A stretch of DNA of 64,000 bases from Eledone cirrhosa (Eukaryota): assembly GCA_964016885.1 (NCBI GenBank), contig OZ024755.1, positions 35,650,001 to 35,714,000 of the forward strand, given 5' to 3'. The notes beneath the pieces are model-generated. The model was not told the DNA's origin. It saw only the letters and a program-made list of their open reading frames with translations, and did not search any database. Numbering within the stretch: position 1 is the first letter of the stretch; each line of letters begins with the position of its first letter. Below are positions 37,723-50,981 of the stretch, piece after piece. Both the position numbers and the translations under genes were made by a program.

Positions 37723-38594
37723 ATAAGTACGCCAACCACCTTTTAAAAAAGGCCCACCCCTCTCTCTCTCTTCCCCTTCTCCAATCATCATCATCATCAT
37801 CAACAGTAATAGTTGTACTACATATATCTATATAGTATAGCCCACCATCAAGCAAAATGGTGCACATTAAAAGTAAAACAAGAAAATCTGTTGTTGCTAA
37901 CCAGGCTGTACATATTTAATAGCTTTGAGCAGTAAATATTGTTTCGTTAACCAAATGTACATGGGAAGGCTATAAACTGTTTATATAAACACCATTCAAA
38001 GTATTTCTTTTGCCTATGATCTGGTAAATAGAGTTGTTTTGGTTTTGTTTTTGTATATAATTTTGAAGTTGTTGCTTTTTTTTTTTTTTTTTTTTTTTTT
38101 CGCCCCTCTTCTTCCTATTTTACTTGGTTATATTTAATTTTTGTTGTTGCTATATTTCATTTCATACCCTGAAGGAAATATTATTTTATTAGTACTAGTA
38201 TTATTCTAAAAAAAAAATAAAAACAAAAACAAAAAAACTAGCTGTCCTGTTTTATGACCATTACCGTTGTTGTTGTTGTTCTTACAAGATATATTGCCCT
38301 TCAGGCAGTCACAAAAGAAAAGGTGTAATGCTTAGTGCCCCCCCCCCCCCAAAAAAAAACAAAACAAAAAAAAAAACAAATGAAATGAATATTAATAAAT
38401 AAATAAATAAAATAATAATCCCTCTTTCCTCTCAAACTCTTTAACTATCTAATATGAAAGGAAAGACAGTGGCACAAACACCACCTTCCTTTCAATGTAG
38501 TATAAAGATTTCTAGTTTTGTAGGCCACCAGCAATAAGCTTTGCTGTAAAAACACACATAAATACAAAGAGACTCCTTGCATCATATCTGAATA

Positions 38595-38715
38595 GTACAC
38601 TGGCGGCTCACCTAACTGAGGTAACTAGTGATGCCCGTGAAGGTGCTTGGCTGTTCCAGTGCATCAGCCTCGCCATCATCCAAGGTAATGCTGCTAGTGT
38701 GTTGACTTGCCTAAA
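38595..38715 (+). mobile_element. CRE-like retrotransposon extreme 3' fragment
   Basis: DAREGAWLFQCISLAIIQGNAASVL, the conserved CRE C-terminal motif. Confidence 0.65.
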
Positions 38716-41351
38716 AAATTATTGGAGAGGTTTTCTAGTGCACCTTGCAATATCGTTATCTTTTGTTCTAGTAGCGGGGTTCGTTTGTCCACCCCTTTCG
38801 CCTGCGTTTTGTTGTATGTAGTCCAAGTTGTGCGTGTTACCTGCTTGTGTTTTTTTTTTCCGATCTTACAGTCGGCTCATATCCTTTCCATGTTTTGTGG
38901 AAGACTTGTTACATAAGAATAAGGTTTAATAAATGGTGGTGCAAAATTATAGCAGCCACTATTAAAATACAGAATAGTAAAGAAATATATTGTGCTTTTT
39001 TATCATTGGCATAAACAATGGTGTGGTATGGTCCCGTAACTCTTGATAGCATCATAGGCACGCTGTATTGACATACGGCATTTCTTGGGCATTTTAAACC
39101 TGGCAGAACCCACCCCTCTCCAAGTCAGAGTACAGCAGATTTCTTCCAGAGAGAAAGATAGAAAGTGAGGGAGAGGAAATGAGTAAGGGATATAGAGGAA
39201 GAATAGACCCCATTATTAGACTGGTACTTTTATTTTATTGACTGCGTAAGGATGAAAGGCAAAGTTGACCACAGTGGGATTTGAACACAGAGAGCAGAGA
39301 GGCGGCACAAATACCATAAAGCATTCTATAAGTGTGTGATAACAGCAATGAAGCCTTTAATACATGGCATGTCATCATTTTGAAAAGAGTGTCATATCAG
39401 GAGGCACACGGTGAACTACTTCATCAAAGTACTTCAGTGGAAACTATACAAAATATTTAGTAGGTTATTTCATTGCTGTCTAGAAAGGGTAACAGTTCAA
39501 AATGAGAAACAGCATCCTTAAGCAAAGTTCATTACAATTTCCTGACAGAAAAATCCACAATTACAAACAGCTTCCTATCTTTAGGCCAGCATTGAGTAAC
39601 TTCTTCCTCTTATTTGTTCTAGCATTACTACAATAACTTCCTGTCTCTGACACTCTTATTTAAACATACGTATTACATCTTCTCCATCTTTATATTTTAA
39701 TCTCTGTTACTTTATTCAACAATTCTAATTAGTCATATGTTAAGTCATTAACATGTAAGGTTATTCAACCTGATAGAAATAGCAACCAAATTTCTCTCAA
39801 ATAACACTTTATTCTTTTATCCCTTTAGCATTTACATTACTCTATATTTACAATTGTATTTTTGTGGTAAAAGAATTATCTCACATAATATCGAATCTAT
39901 GAGATTTTGATATTATTTATTTTGAGAACAATACCTTAACATCAGAATGAGTGGTCAGTTATGGCCGGTTTTAATTGAAAGCGGCGAGAGAATTCTAGCC
40001 GGATACAGCTGATTTAAATGTTAAAGGGTTAAGACAGAAGGCTTGTTCAGTCAGTGCTTATTTCGGTTTCATGGCGTGAAGCAACTGAAAGTACAAGATT
40101 CTCCCCTGGACAGGACGCCAGTCCATCGCAGGGTTAAACTCCCAGCTATTGCTGGTACTCATTTTCAGCTGAGTATACTGGAGCGACGTGAAATGAAGTG
40201 TTTTGTTCAAGAACACAACACACAACCCAGTCCAGGAATCAAACCCATGACATTATGATCGTAAGTCCTACACCCTTACCATGTATTCTATATATACAAG
40301 ACAAATATCAGTTTGCCTCTCTGTTGACATTAACAAATAATCATACTTTTCTTAAATCATTTTTGTCTTTTAGTTACAACAAAAGAATTAATTTTTTACT
40401 ATTTTTGGTAGAAAATACCCAATTAGATCAATTTGATCAATTTATTTTTTTATAATATTAAATTTTACACACATTTGCAAAAATAAAAGGAATTGAAAAT
40501 ATAATTTTATTTTCATTTCATATTTTTCAAATTAGTAGATGAAAGATTTTCATGTTTATGCTTAAAAACCTTGCAGGTACTGGCTGATCATACACATAAA
40601 GCAATGATATAGTCTGTGATTACATCTTTAACCCTTTAGCATTTACATTACATAATATCGGTTATAATATCGGTATAAGGCTTTACCTCACATAATATCG
40701 AATCTGAGATTTTGATATCATTTATACGAAGAACAATACTTTAACATCAGTATGAGTGGCTGGTTATGGTTGGTTTGAACAGAAAGAGGTGAGAGAATTC
40801 TAGTCAGATATGGTTGTTTAAATGCTAAAGGGTTAACAGTTCTGTTCTAGAACACTTTCTTTGGGAAATTTTCTATAGTTGGATGCCATTCCTATTACAA
40901 ATCACTTTATAGAGTGTACTGAGTATAGCATCCGCACTAGGGTGGAAGAATCAACGTAAAACGGTGATGGTGAAGATGCTAGTGTGGGAGATAGACGTTA
41001 AATGATGATGTTATATATATATATATATATATATACCGACATTTGATCAACTTTCGTCAAATTGGACCAAGGAAAAATGTTTGCGTTCGTCTTTCCAATT
41101 GCTAATACTATCTATCGGTCGCAACTCCAGGTAGAAGGAGCAACGTGAAATAAAGTGGCTTGCTGAAGGACATAACACATTGCACAGTCTAGGAATCAAA
41201 CTCACAACCTCACGATTGCGAATCCAATTCTCTTACTACACAGCCACGTGCCTTCACACACACACAGACACACACACACATATATATAATATATACATGT
41301 GTGTATATATATTTATATTTATTTATATATATATATATATTTATATTTATT

Positions 41352-41410
<59 letters not shown>

Positions 41411-41435
41411 GTATAAATAAATATAAATATATATA

Positions 41436-42215
41436 TGCAAACAATGGGTACACAAATGCAAACAATGGGTACACAAGAGATGTAGCGGGATCTCAGGAAG
41501 CTTAATTAAGAATGTAGGATTCACATGCAGCAGCTGTGCTGAAACAGCAAGCAAACAGCCACAGGAAACAAGTACCACCAATCTCTGGGAGGGCCCTGTA
41601 GAAACAGTAGACAGCTTCTGCTACCTAGGTGACCGAATTAGCAACGGAGGTGGGTGCTCAGAAAGTACAATAACTAGGGTAAGAACGGGATGGAAGAAGT
41701 TTAGGGAACTACTACCACTGCTAGCTGCAAAAGGCTTCTCCCTCAGAATGAAAGGCAGACTGTATGATGCGTGTATCCGAACAGCGATGTTGCATGGTAG
41801 TGAGACCTGGGCGCTGAAGGTGGAAGACTTACGTAGATTAGAGAGAAACGAAGCCTGCATGCTCCGATGGATGTGTAACAGTAATATACGTGAACGACAA
41901 AGCATAAATGAATTGAGAGAGAGACTGAGCATAAGAGGAATCAAATGCTGCGTGCAGGAGAGGCGGTTACGCTGGTATGGACATGTGATGCGTATGAAGG
42001 ATGACAGCTGCATAAAAAGGTGCAGAGCACTAGAAGTTGATGGAAACCGCGGAGTGGGGAGACCCAAGATGACTTGGGATGAGGTGATAAAAGCCGACCT
42101 TACCCAACTACACCTCTCAAAGTCAATGACACACGACCGTGACTTCTGGCGTCACGCAGTAATACAGGGTACCCGACCTCCCATGGGTACATGCTGAAGC
42201 ATATAAACAATATGC
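41436..42215 (+). mobile_element. 5'-truncated RTE LINE, uninterrupted frame 41436-42197 (RT C-terminus with Cys/His insert)
   Basis: [71 protein letters not shown]; no stops in frame. Confidence 0.9.
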
Positions 42216-42757
42216 CCCCCCCCCCCCCACCGCAAGGTGGTCGTGGAGGTGCCACGGCAAAAAAGCACCCAGCCCACACTGTAAAGTGGACGTGTAGGCG
42301 CCACGAAAAAGCACCCAGCACTCACTGTAAATGAGGTTGGTGTTAGGAAGGGCATCCAGCTGTAGAAATCAAGCCAGATCAGTTCCTGTATGAGCAAGGC
42401 ATGGTCAGCCGACCAGACACTGCCCACAACAGGACAACCCGTCTAACCCATGCTAGCGTGGAAGAACGGACGTAAAATGGTGATGATGATGATGATGATG
42501 ATATATATATATAAATATATAAATATAAATATATTATATATATATATATATAAATAAATATAAATATATATATATTATATATATATATAAATAAATATAA
42601 ATATATATATATATAAATAAATATATATATATATTATATATATACAATATATATATAAATAAATATAAATATATATATATATATATAAATAAATATAAAT
42701 ATAATTTTTAAGCTTGTTGAATCCCAACAAATTAAATATAAATTCTGCATATATATA

Positions 42758-43523
42758 CAGGGTGTGGACGATATTTGTTCGCAAGTTTCAACTGCTAATT
42801 TTATGCAAATTTTTTTTACTTCCGTTGTCACTCTTGTCTTCATAAAAACAGTGACTATATTTCCATCATTTATTTCCCGAATAATTGATTATGAATAATT
42901 TTGAACCTCCAAATTTGGAATCTGCACCGGGAGGACAAATAAGGAAATTTCACACTTTCTCAGCGTCAGCAGGCGAATGGTGTTTCATGCCCAGAGTCAT
43001 GCAGACAAAGTTTCTAGCGACAACATTGGTCTTAGGTGTCGTCAGCAGTCAAGGTGACGTCATACCACCTCACTTCTTCCCTGAGGGCCTCAAGCTGAAC
43101 ACCGATGGCTACATCCGCATTCTGAGCAAGGTAGTAAAGCCCTGGATCGACCAGGTAGATGCAGGTAGGCCGTACATGTGGCAGCAAGGCTCAACGCCCA
43201 GCCATACCAGCCGAAAGACCCAAGCCTGGCTGTCAGAGAACTTCGTCGACCACACTTCACCTGACATCTGGCCCCCCAGCTCGCCTGACGACAACCCCCT
43301 CGACTTCTTTGTGTGGGGCACAGTGGAACGAGACACCAACAGATCTAGCTGCAATACGAAAGATGATCTGAAGGATCACAAGTGCCTTTAATCGAGTGAG
43401 GTCAAAAGAACAAGTCATGAAGACAAACTGACCCAGGTTTGATAAATATATCTTAAAAAATAAAACAACTGTGTTATTTTTTCCTAGACAGTAATCTTGC
43501 GAACAAATATCATCCGCACCCTG
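42758..43523 (+). mobile_element. Internally deleted Tc1/mariner element of DD37D (maT) type with a transposase fragment
   Basis: TIRs cagggtgtggacgatatttgttcgcaag / cttgcgaacaaatatcatccgcaccctg in TA context; WQQ(G)STPSH...WPPSSPDDNPLD with 37 aa between the mutated 2nd and the 3rd catalytic positions. Confidence 0.85.
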
Positions 43524-43539
43524 TGTATATATATATATA

Positions 43540-43578
<39 letters not shown>

Positions 43579-43668
43579 ATATATGTGTATATATATATAT
43601 ATATATATTTCGTTTCTGAATTTGTTTAGCAAGATTCTTTATCTGAAATCGTGTGTTGAAACCGATAT

Positions 43669-44063
43669 TGTTATACTTAGGGAGGGTCATGTTGCCAATA
43701 AGAAACACACGCACCAGTTGCTTTCACTTCAATTTATTATAATAAATTTATAAATCTATAAATTTCTGGTTGGTTGGTTGGTTCCACAACCAGATAGTTG
43801 TTTATACATAGTCATAGTTCTTTCGTCACACACTCTGTGACCTCTTCAATGACTGGGGATTCCTTTCTTTGTTTCTGTGCCTCTCCTTTGTTCTGTCCTA
43901 CACCATTTTGTTTCTGTGTGTGTGTTGTGTGCTCAGTCTGCGCATGCACCACATCTGGGTGTCTGTGTGTGTTTATGTTCATTTATTTATTTGTTTATTT
44001 ACATGTTACTGGTTGGTTGTTTGTTCTATGTGTGTGGCAACATGACCCTCCCTAAGTATAACA
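43669..44063. mobile_element. Non-autonomous TGT...ACA element with perfect 29-bp TIRs (Ginger-like)
   Basis: tgttatacttagggagggtcatgttgcca / tggcaacatgaccctccctaagtataaca; ATAT on both flanks (possible 4-bp TSD). Confidence 0.65.
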
Positions 44064-45372
44064 ATATATATATATAAATAAATATAAATATATAATATAT
44101 AATATCATCATCATCATCATTTAACGTTCATCTTCCACGCTAGCATGGGTTAGACGGGAGTTGTCCCAATTTGAGGCAAGGTTAGTCGGGTGACCGTGTC
44201 TCGCTTATATAGGACTATCTGGCAGGTTTTCTATGGCTGGATGCCCTTCCTTACACCAACCACATCTACAGTGTGGACTGGGAACTTTTTACCATGTTTC
44301 CTACACAGCTCTAATTAATTAATAAAGAAAAATTGTAAAGTAAGAATTCCTTGACCAACAGTCAATTTTAAAGGTTGAAAATCTTGACCACTCTTCTTGA
44401 GTCATCCCTTTTTTGAAGGTGAATCATTCATTTTGCTTTTTCTAAAGGCTAGAATATATGTGGCTTGCTACACCTGCACTAACACCCACCCCACCGATGT
44501 TATCCAATGGAAAGGCAATGGCCAAAATACAGCTTGGCACCTGTAACAGCGCAACTCATTTCTACAGCTGTGTAAACTGGACCAACGTGAAATAAAGTGT
44601 CTTGCTCAAGGACACAAGGCACACTCAATCCGAGAATCGAACTCACAACCTCCCTATTGCAAGCCCAACGCTCTAACCACTAAGCCAGGCTAATAGTAAA
44701 TTTAAAAGTAAGAAATCCTCAAACAATAGTTAAATCTCATAATATATATTATATATATATATAATATATATTATATATATATATAATATATATGCAGAGG
44801 TTATATTTAATTTGTTGGGATTCAACAAGCTTAACAATTTTTATAACTGATATAAAGCACTCAACAGTTTAGTGGAGTAAATACACAATATATTAATAAA
44901 TATGGTTTTATAAATATAGTTTCCATTTATTAATATATTGTATATATAATATATATATATTTCAATAATCTTTATATGTTTAAATTTCTTTGCACATTTT
45001 ACTTATTTATTTTCATATTTTCATATTTCATATCATTTTGTATCATACTCGATATAATTTGTTTAATTATTCATTTATTTATTTATTTACATTTATTCAT
45101 GTATTAACATTTATTCATTTATTGTTGATATTATTTTTTTCTCTTACATCATTTCTCCTCTACCCTTTTCTATTCTCTTTCTATCCTCCTTTCTCTACAA
45201 CTTTTTTTCTCTCTATATCTTTCTCTGTTTTCATTTCTCCTTTTTCTTTCTTTCTTTCCTTTATCTATCTCTCTTTCTTTCTTTTGTTCTCTCTCTAACT
45301 TTATTACTAATATTATTATTGATGCTGTAATTTGAATTTGTAGATTTGCTGGTTATATATATATTTTTTATA

Positions 45373-45484
45373 ACAGTCTCTGATGACATGATTGAGCTAG
45401 CATCGTATTTAAAATTGAGTGGCACTGCTTCTAGCGTTCAGCAATTTTTAGACAACTCAATCAGAGAAACAATTGTTAGACTGT
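45373..45484 (+). ncRNA. Type I hammerhead ribozyme motif with long stem II insert
   Basis: Stem I acagtct/agactgt (7 bp); CTGATGA 45380-45386; tgattgag/ctcaatca; GAAA 45466-45469; palindromic A-caattg-T; GUU site; the two base pairs closing stem II are mismatched. Confidence 0.65.
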
Positions 45485-45862
45485 AAATAAATTCCCCTTT
45501 TTCGTACTGTTGACCATGTTATTCTTCACATTTTTTCAATTGTATTACTCCAAGATAAACTTACATAGGAATACAAGTGAAATCATACACTCGCCATCTA
45601 CGTAAACCTCTTATTGAGTCAAACAGTATATACTTTCCTTATGCATATTAACGGCTGAGCAGCCTAATTTGCATATCGAATGAGTTAATCGGCCGGGTGC
45701 ACCGAAAACGATAAACGGAAAAAATTAAACGAAATTTCATTTCTCACTCTTAGTACGGCTGTTACTTAAATATAAGTATGTATACATACATACATATATG
45801 TATACAGACGTACACATTATATATATATATATACATATATGTATAAACAAATATATAAATAA

Positions 45863-45903
<41 letters not shown>

Positions 45904-45934
45904 TATATAAATATATATATATATATATATAAAA

Positions 45935-46121
45935 CGAAGGAAATGTGGTAAGGAACCAGATGGACCATAACGCACCAGAGTACTCAATGCTTATGGTAGT
46001 AGAGTGAGTAATAGGAAAAAGTATGTCCCCAACGGCAGAGCTCAAGCCATTCCGACGGCTATTTCTGGACTGAAATAGCCATCGAAACGGCTTGAGCTCT
46101 GCCATCGGGGTCATACTTTTT

Positions 46122-46126
<5 letters not shown>
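45935..46126. mobile_element. Second copy of the terminal-hairpin element
   Basis: 55-bp arms 46011-46065 / 46072-46126 with a 6-nt spacer; body homologous to 28975-29043; (TA)n flanks. Confidence 0.7.
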
Positions 46127-46188
<62 letters not shown>

Positions 46189-47703
46189 TAAAATAACAGA
46201 TTAAAGTTTAAGCAAAGAATTGCTGCTTTCACCCTTAACGGGATCTTCTGAAACTAACAAAGTCAATCTGTAAACGCAGAAGTGGATATTTTAAAAAACG
46301 TTGCAACCGGAGGAAGACGATACTTTGGTTCGTGGAAATGTTCCCTGGCAAAGAACGGGAAAATATATATATATTTGAGCAGGTGTATGATTACAAAAGA
46401 AAAAGACAAGAAGAAATGAGAATTACGAAAGTGGCCACTCAGTAAATGTTGAATACTCAGGCAGGCTGTACAAATAAACAAATGAAAGAGAATTCAAGAA
46501 GTAAAAAAAAGAGAGATACTACCGTCAAGTTTCAAGAAGAATAGGCCGGTCACACTCTTAGCGATTTTACATCATTTAACATTCTTAATCAGTCATGCAT
46601 GATAATAGAAGAGCACTTGATGAATGTATAAAAACAACACCACTAGCGCCTGAGATTGGAGTATTGTGCATATCAACAAAATGGAATTACCTGTTTCCAC
46701 ATTTGTTAGATTGAAAATTTGGTCAGCTAAGCTTTCTTAATTTGCATCTTCTGGTGAAAGCGGAGAGGTTAATCCTAAATAGCTTCAAGTGAAGCTATTA
46801 AATGTACGATTTGTTAACACAATAACATTCATTTAGTAAATAAGCTTGTTACAAGTTAAGGTCATTGAATTCAAATGCTGTGGTCAGTGAGGCATAGGAT
46901 AACTAAAATGGAGAATTGAATTCTTTCGAAATCTTGATTCTTTCATCTCCAAAGCCTCGTCAATGTGATTAACTTGGAGTATCTAGCAACATTTAATATG
47001 GCTGATCAAATTTGAGAGGAAGTGTCATTATTTCAGTTTAACAATGAAGTAGATCTGTAACTACATTTGAAAATAAATTTAGTGACAAGCAAATGTGATG
47101 TATATTGGATGGTGGAGCAGCATTCTATGGATGGCTTGGATAAATGAGTCAGTGTAAAACAGGTTTAAACAAATTGGTTAGTAAATTGGAATTACTGAGT
47201 GTAACATTGGCATAATATTGAAAAGTTGACCACAAGTGTAAATATTGATTCAAGGAACGAATGAAAATTGAAATATATTTTGAAAAGATTTTTTTTCCCC
47301 CCTAAATATTTTGATGAATGATGTGTGTAATTTATGAGAAAAGCCATCAAGAGATATTACTGTACCAAAATATCATAAACTAGAGAAGATTATTCTTTAT
47401 AGACATAGACATACATGAAATTATTAACAACCCAGTTCCAATAGTAGTTAAAAGAAAAAAAAAAACTAAACTAATTGAAATAAAATTCTAACTAAAAAGT
47501 AAACGAAAATCACCGTACAAAAATCCATGATTGGGGCGGGCTGGTGGTGGTGGGGATTCTACCATCCCATTGTTTGATGTAACATTATATAATGCATAAA
47601 ATATATCGCTATAAAATAGCAAGAACTTCAATAGTGTATAAGGAAAGTTTTCTGTGATGAGGTGGAATTAAATAACTTTTGAAGAGCAAAGCATAACAAC
47701 AAC

Positions 47704-47767
<64 letters not shown>

Positions 47768-49319
47768 GTAATAACAATGATGATAATAATAATGATAATA
47801 AACGATTTATCCAGCTGTCTTCTTCAATATTGCATACACGAAGAACACAGCATCTAGTTAGAGATATATTTAATCAATCATAAACTAGTCATCTAGCATT
47901 CTAGTCAACCATTCATTAATTGGTTCATTTGCTTCACCAAGCGCATGCCTAGCAAATCCCCAAAAGCAATAGATGCTGATGACATCTGTGAAAGATGCCT
48001 TCAGAGTAAAGAAACCATCAAGTTGAGAAAATGTTATCCAAAGGAAAATAAAGACATAAAGGGTAGGTAGTAGTAAGTCTGCCTAGAAAGAAAAATAGAA
48101 AAAAAGGGGGAGGTAGGAATAAGGAACTGGAGATATAGAAAGGTGCTGTGAGGAGGAAATTACTGAAATCCAACGAGCCAGAGAAAAAGGCAACAGCAAT
48201 AGAGTGAATCTAGAAACAGCAAGGTGATTGGCAAGCTGCAAGATATAAGCATAATGTGGGTAAAAAAAACAAACAAAAAAAAAAGACAAAAAAAAATTGA
48301 GAAAATATTAAATAACAAGCTATGGGCTATCTAATACCAGATGGAAAATATGTGACAAGAGGAAGCTACTATGTTGTCAGCAAAATAACATTATGTAGAC
48401 AGAGTTAGATAAAGAAGATAAAACATGAGAGAGAGGGAGAGAGAATAAATTTTGGAGAGGTTGTGTACGTAGAAAGATGGATTTACCATATTTACTTAGA
48501 GAGCTCAGTATGAATTAGTCACAGAATAAAGAATACAAGCCACTAATGGAAATGGGTGAGCATGGAACTAATGTTTAAAAGCATTACAATCCATTTAATT
48601 TAGATTTGTAATTTTGTAAATTTGTAATTTTACTCATCAGCTTAGCTTTCACAATGTAATTTAGAAGTGTGTGATAGCATTAGATTTCAATATGAATTCA
48701 GTTTTAGATTTTCTTTCATAATTTTTGTTTTAGCATTTAGATCAAGATTATTTAACTAGGGCCGAAAGAAAATATGAACTGTTCACACTTTAGTTAGTAG
48801 TGAAGATTAAACTTCAGATAACTAATTGAAATTCTATGTTAATACTAACACTGACATTTCTAATTTAAAAAAATTTGGCAAGAATACTCTTGTATATTAA
48901 ACTCTAATACACTCATACCCTGATTAGTGTGTTATATGTACTGTTGAGAAATGGCATGGGAAAAGGAACAGTTTTATTAAGATATTAATATATTGCAAAG
49001 ATGATTAGGAAAGCCATAATATAGAAAACAATATATTATGACTCAATGTAATGTTCAGAGTAATTAAATTAAAATTATTATTTTTAAAATCACCAATGAA
49101 TTATATTTCCGAATGCCTTTGGGAATCTCGTAAGCTACTGTAATAAATTGTTCAAATACCAAAAATTGAAGAAAACAATGCCAAGATACAAAGAGAAGAT
49201 GATAAAGTTAACAGAGTACATTAATTGTTAAATATTTAGTTTAGTAATGGTACTAAGTTAACTAGTCTACAATAATCACAGCGCCACAGGCTTGATACTT
49301 CTCTATGGTTTTCATAGTA

Positions 49320-49560
49320 TTTAGTTTAGTAATATTATTAAGTTAACTATACAATAATATTTAGTTTAGTAATGTTATTAAGTTAACTATACAATAATAT
49401 TTAGTTTAGTAATGTTAAGTTAACTATACAATAATATTTAGTTTAGTAATGTTATTAAGTTAACTAGTCTACAATAATATTTAGTTACTGATGTTATTAA
49501 GTTAACTATACAACAATATTTAGTTCCGTAATGTTATTAAGTTAACTAGTCTACACTAAT
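49320..49560. repeat. ~40-bp tandem repeat, about 6 copies
   Basis: tatttagtttagtaatgttattaagttaactatacaataa. Confidence 0.85.
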
Positions 49561-49719
49561 GACAGAGTCACAGGCTTGGTACTGAGGAGTGAGTGAAAAA
49601 CTATAATAAAGAGAGATTTGTGTTGAAAAGATTAATGAAATACTTCATATGTAAATATATACTTTAGTTTTTGAAGTGACGTCCGGACAAGTATCCCCAC
49701 TAGCAACTAACTAGCCCTC

Positions 49720-49890
49720 TGCCTCAAGGTCCCGGCCAACAGGATGGAGAAAGCCCTGGAAGACGACGGGGGAGTCGCGCTTAAATAGCCACTCCCCTTT
49801 GCAGGGCTTGTACCTGCAGGCGGCCAACTCCATCCCGATAGCAGTGAGTAGGGATGTGGTCTGGGGGCCAAGAATACCAGAAACTTCCAC
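49720..49890 (-). mobile_element. CRE-like retrotransposon 3' fragment
   Basis: EVSGILGPQTTSLLTAIGMELAACRYKP..EWLF, homologous to 60000-60120. Confidence 0.7.
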
Positions 49891-50266
49891 TTCTCTATGG
49901 TTTTCATTTCATTATGCAAATAAGAGAAAAATCTTCCCCCAACAATAAGATTGCTGTTCTTTGGAAGATAGGTTTTCTGTAGACACAATTGAAGTTGACA
50001 CTGTAAGCCAGCGATGGGTAGATCCTTACTGCTACATACAACCAATAGACACTTGACTTTTTAGAAATAGCAGCAAAAGTTCCCTAAAAAATCGTTTTTA
50101 CATTCAATTTTTGATGCTGGCATGGGTTGGATAGGATGTTTTGAGTCAATGTTTTACAGCAGAATGCTCTTCCTGACATCAAGTCTTTTAGTTGTCTCTT
50201 AGACAAACAGGAATACACTGTATATATTCTAAAAACTAGGACACACGTGGCATATATGTATACATA

Positions 50267-50442
50267 CAGGGTGTCCCAAAAAATGTATACATACTTCAAC
50301 AGCATTCTAATAAACATTGTTTGTACAGGTAATCAAAGTGTGTGTACATATTTTGGGACACCCTCTATATACACTTCAACAGCATTCTAATGGATATTGC
50401 CTGTACAGGTAATGAAAGTGTGTATACATTTTTTGGACACCC

Positions 50443-50444
<2 letters not shown>
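50267..50444. mobile_element. Tc1/mariner-type MITE (~100 bp) with tandem partial copy; further partial copies at ~51425-51645
   Basis: TA-cagggtgtcccaaaa ... ttttgggacaccct termini. Confidence 0.75.
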
Positions 50445-50488
<44 letters not shown>

Positions 50489-50587
50489 TACCTGTTTCTA
50501 CATCATCCACTCTCATCCCAGGAACAGTTTTGATAGCGCTAGTTCGTAATTTAAATTCAGGAATTTTATATTCTTCGAATGAAATGA

Positions 50588-50670
50588 ACCTTCTGACGAG
50601 AATCTTTCTTTGCAACGAAGGCCGTATGGTCTACGTTTATTTTTGGGATTCGAAACCGATCGGTAAAGGT
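50588..50670 (+). ncRNA. Type I hammerhead ribozyme motif, fully canonical core
   Basis: Stem I acctt/aaggt; CTGACGA 50593-50599; stem II gaatctt/gggattc with G-C closing pair; GAAA 50652-50655; stem III A-ccgatcgg-T palindrome; GUA site, predicted cut after 50665. Confidence 0.8.
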
Positions 50671-50736
50671 AACTATAGTAGGTAAAGTCAATTTTTAAAA
50701 ATTTATTTTGAAACTTTTTCATTATTTGCTAAACCT

Positions 50737-50791
<55 letters not shown>

Positions 50792-50887
50792 GTATGCCGA
50801 TTGAGCGCTTGAGGCTCACGTAGAGCAGTGTATAATACTATAAGGATAAGGAACAAAGATTCAGTGTTGCATCATAACCTATTTATT

Positions 50888-50981
50888 AACATATTACATA
50901 TGTTTCACTATCGATCAGCTCGAGGCAAGACCTATTATAGATCGAACCTGACTCTGTAATCGAAAGGTCGTCAGATATGCT
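50888..50981 (-). ncRNA. Type I hammerhead ribozyme motif with long stem II insert
   Basis: Minus strand reads agcatat-CTGACGA-c-ctttcgatta...tgatcgatag-t-GAAA-catatg-T-A-atatgtt; palindromic stem III; GUA site. Confidence 0.7.

Noticed and set aside
46195-46262. Hammerhead-like cagaaga-t-ccc..ggg-t-gaaagc on the minus strand (also ~33715-33782)
   Set aside because: Core reads CAGA rather than CUGA in both copies, with no UH site or stem I; at most a decayed pLTR fragment.
46692-46774. Possible minus-strand exon with AG/GT boundaries
   Set aside because: Stop codons in all three frames.
47970-48000. ctgatga...gaaa
   Set aside because: No stem II, stem III or stem I pairing; chance match.
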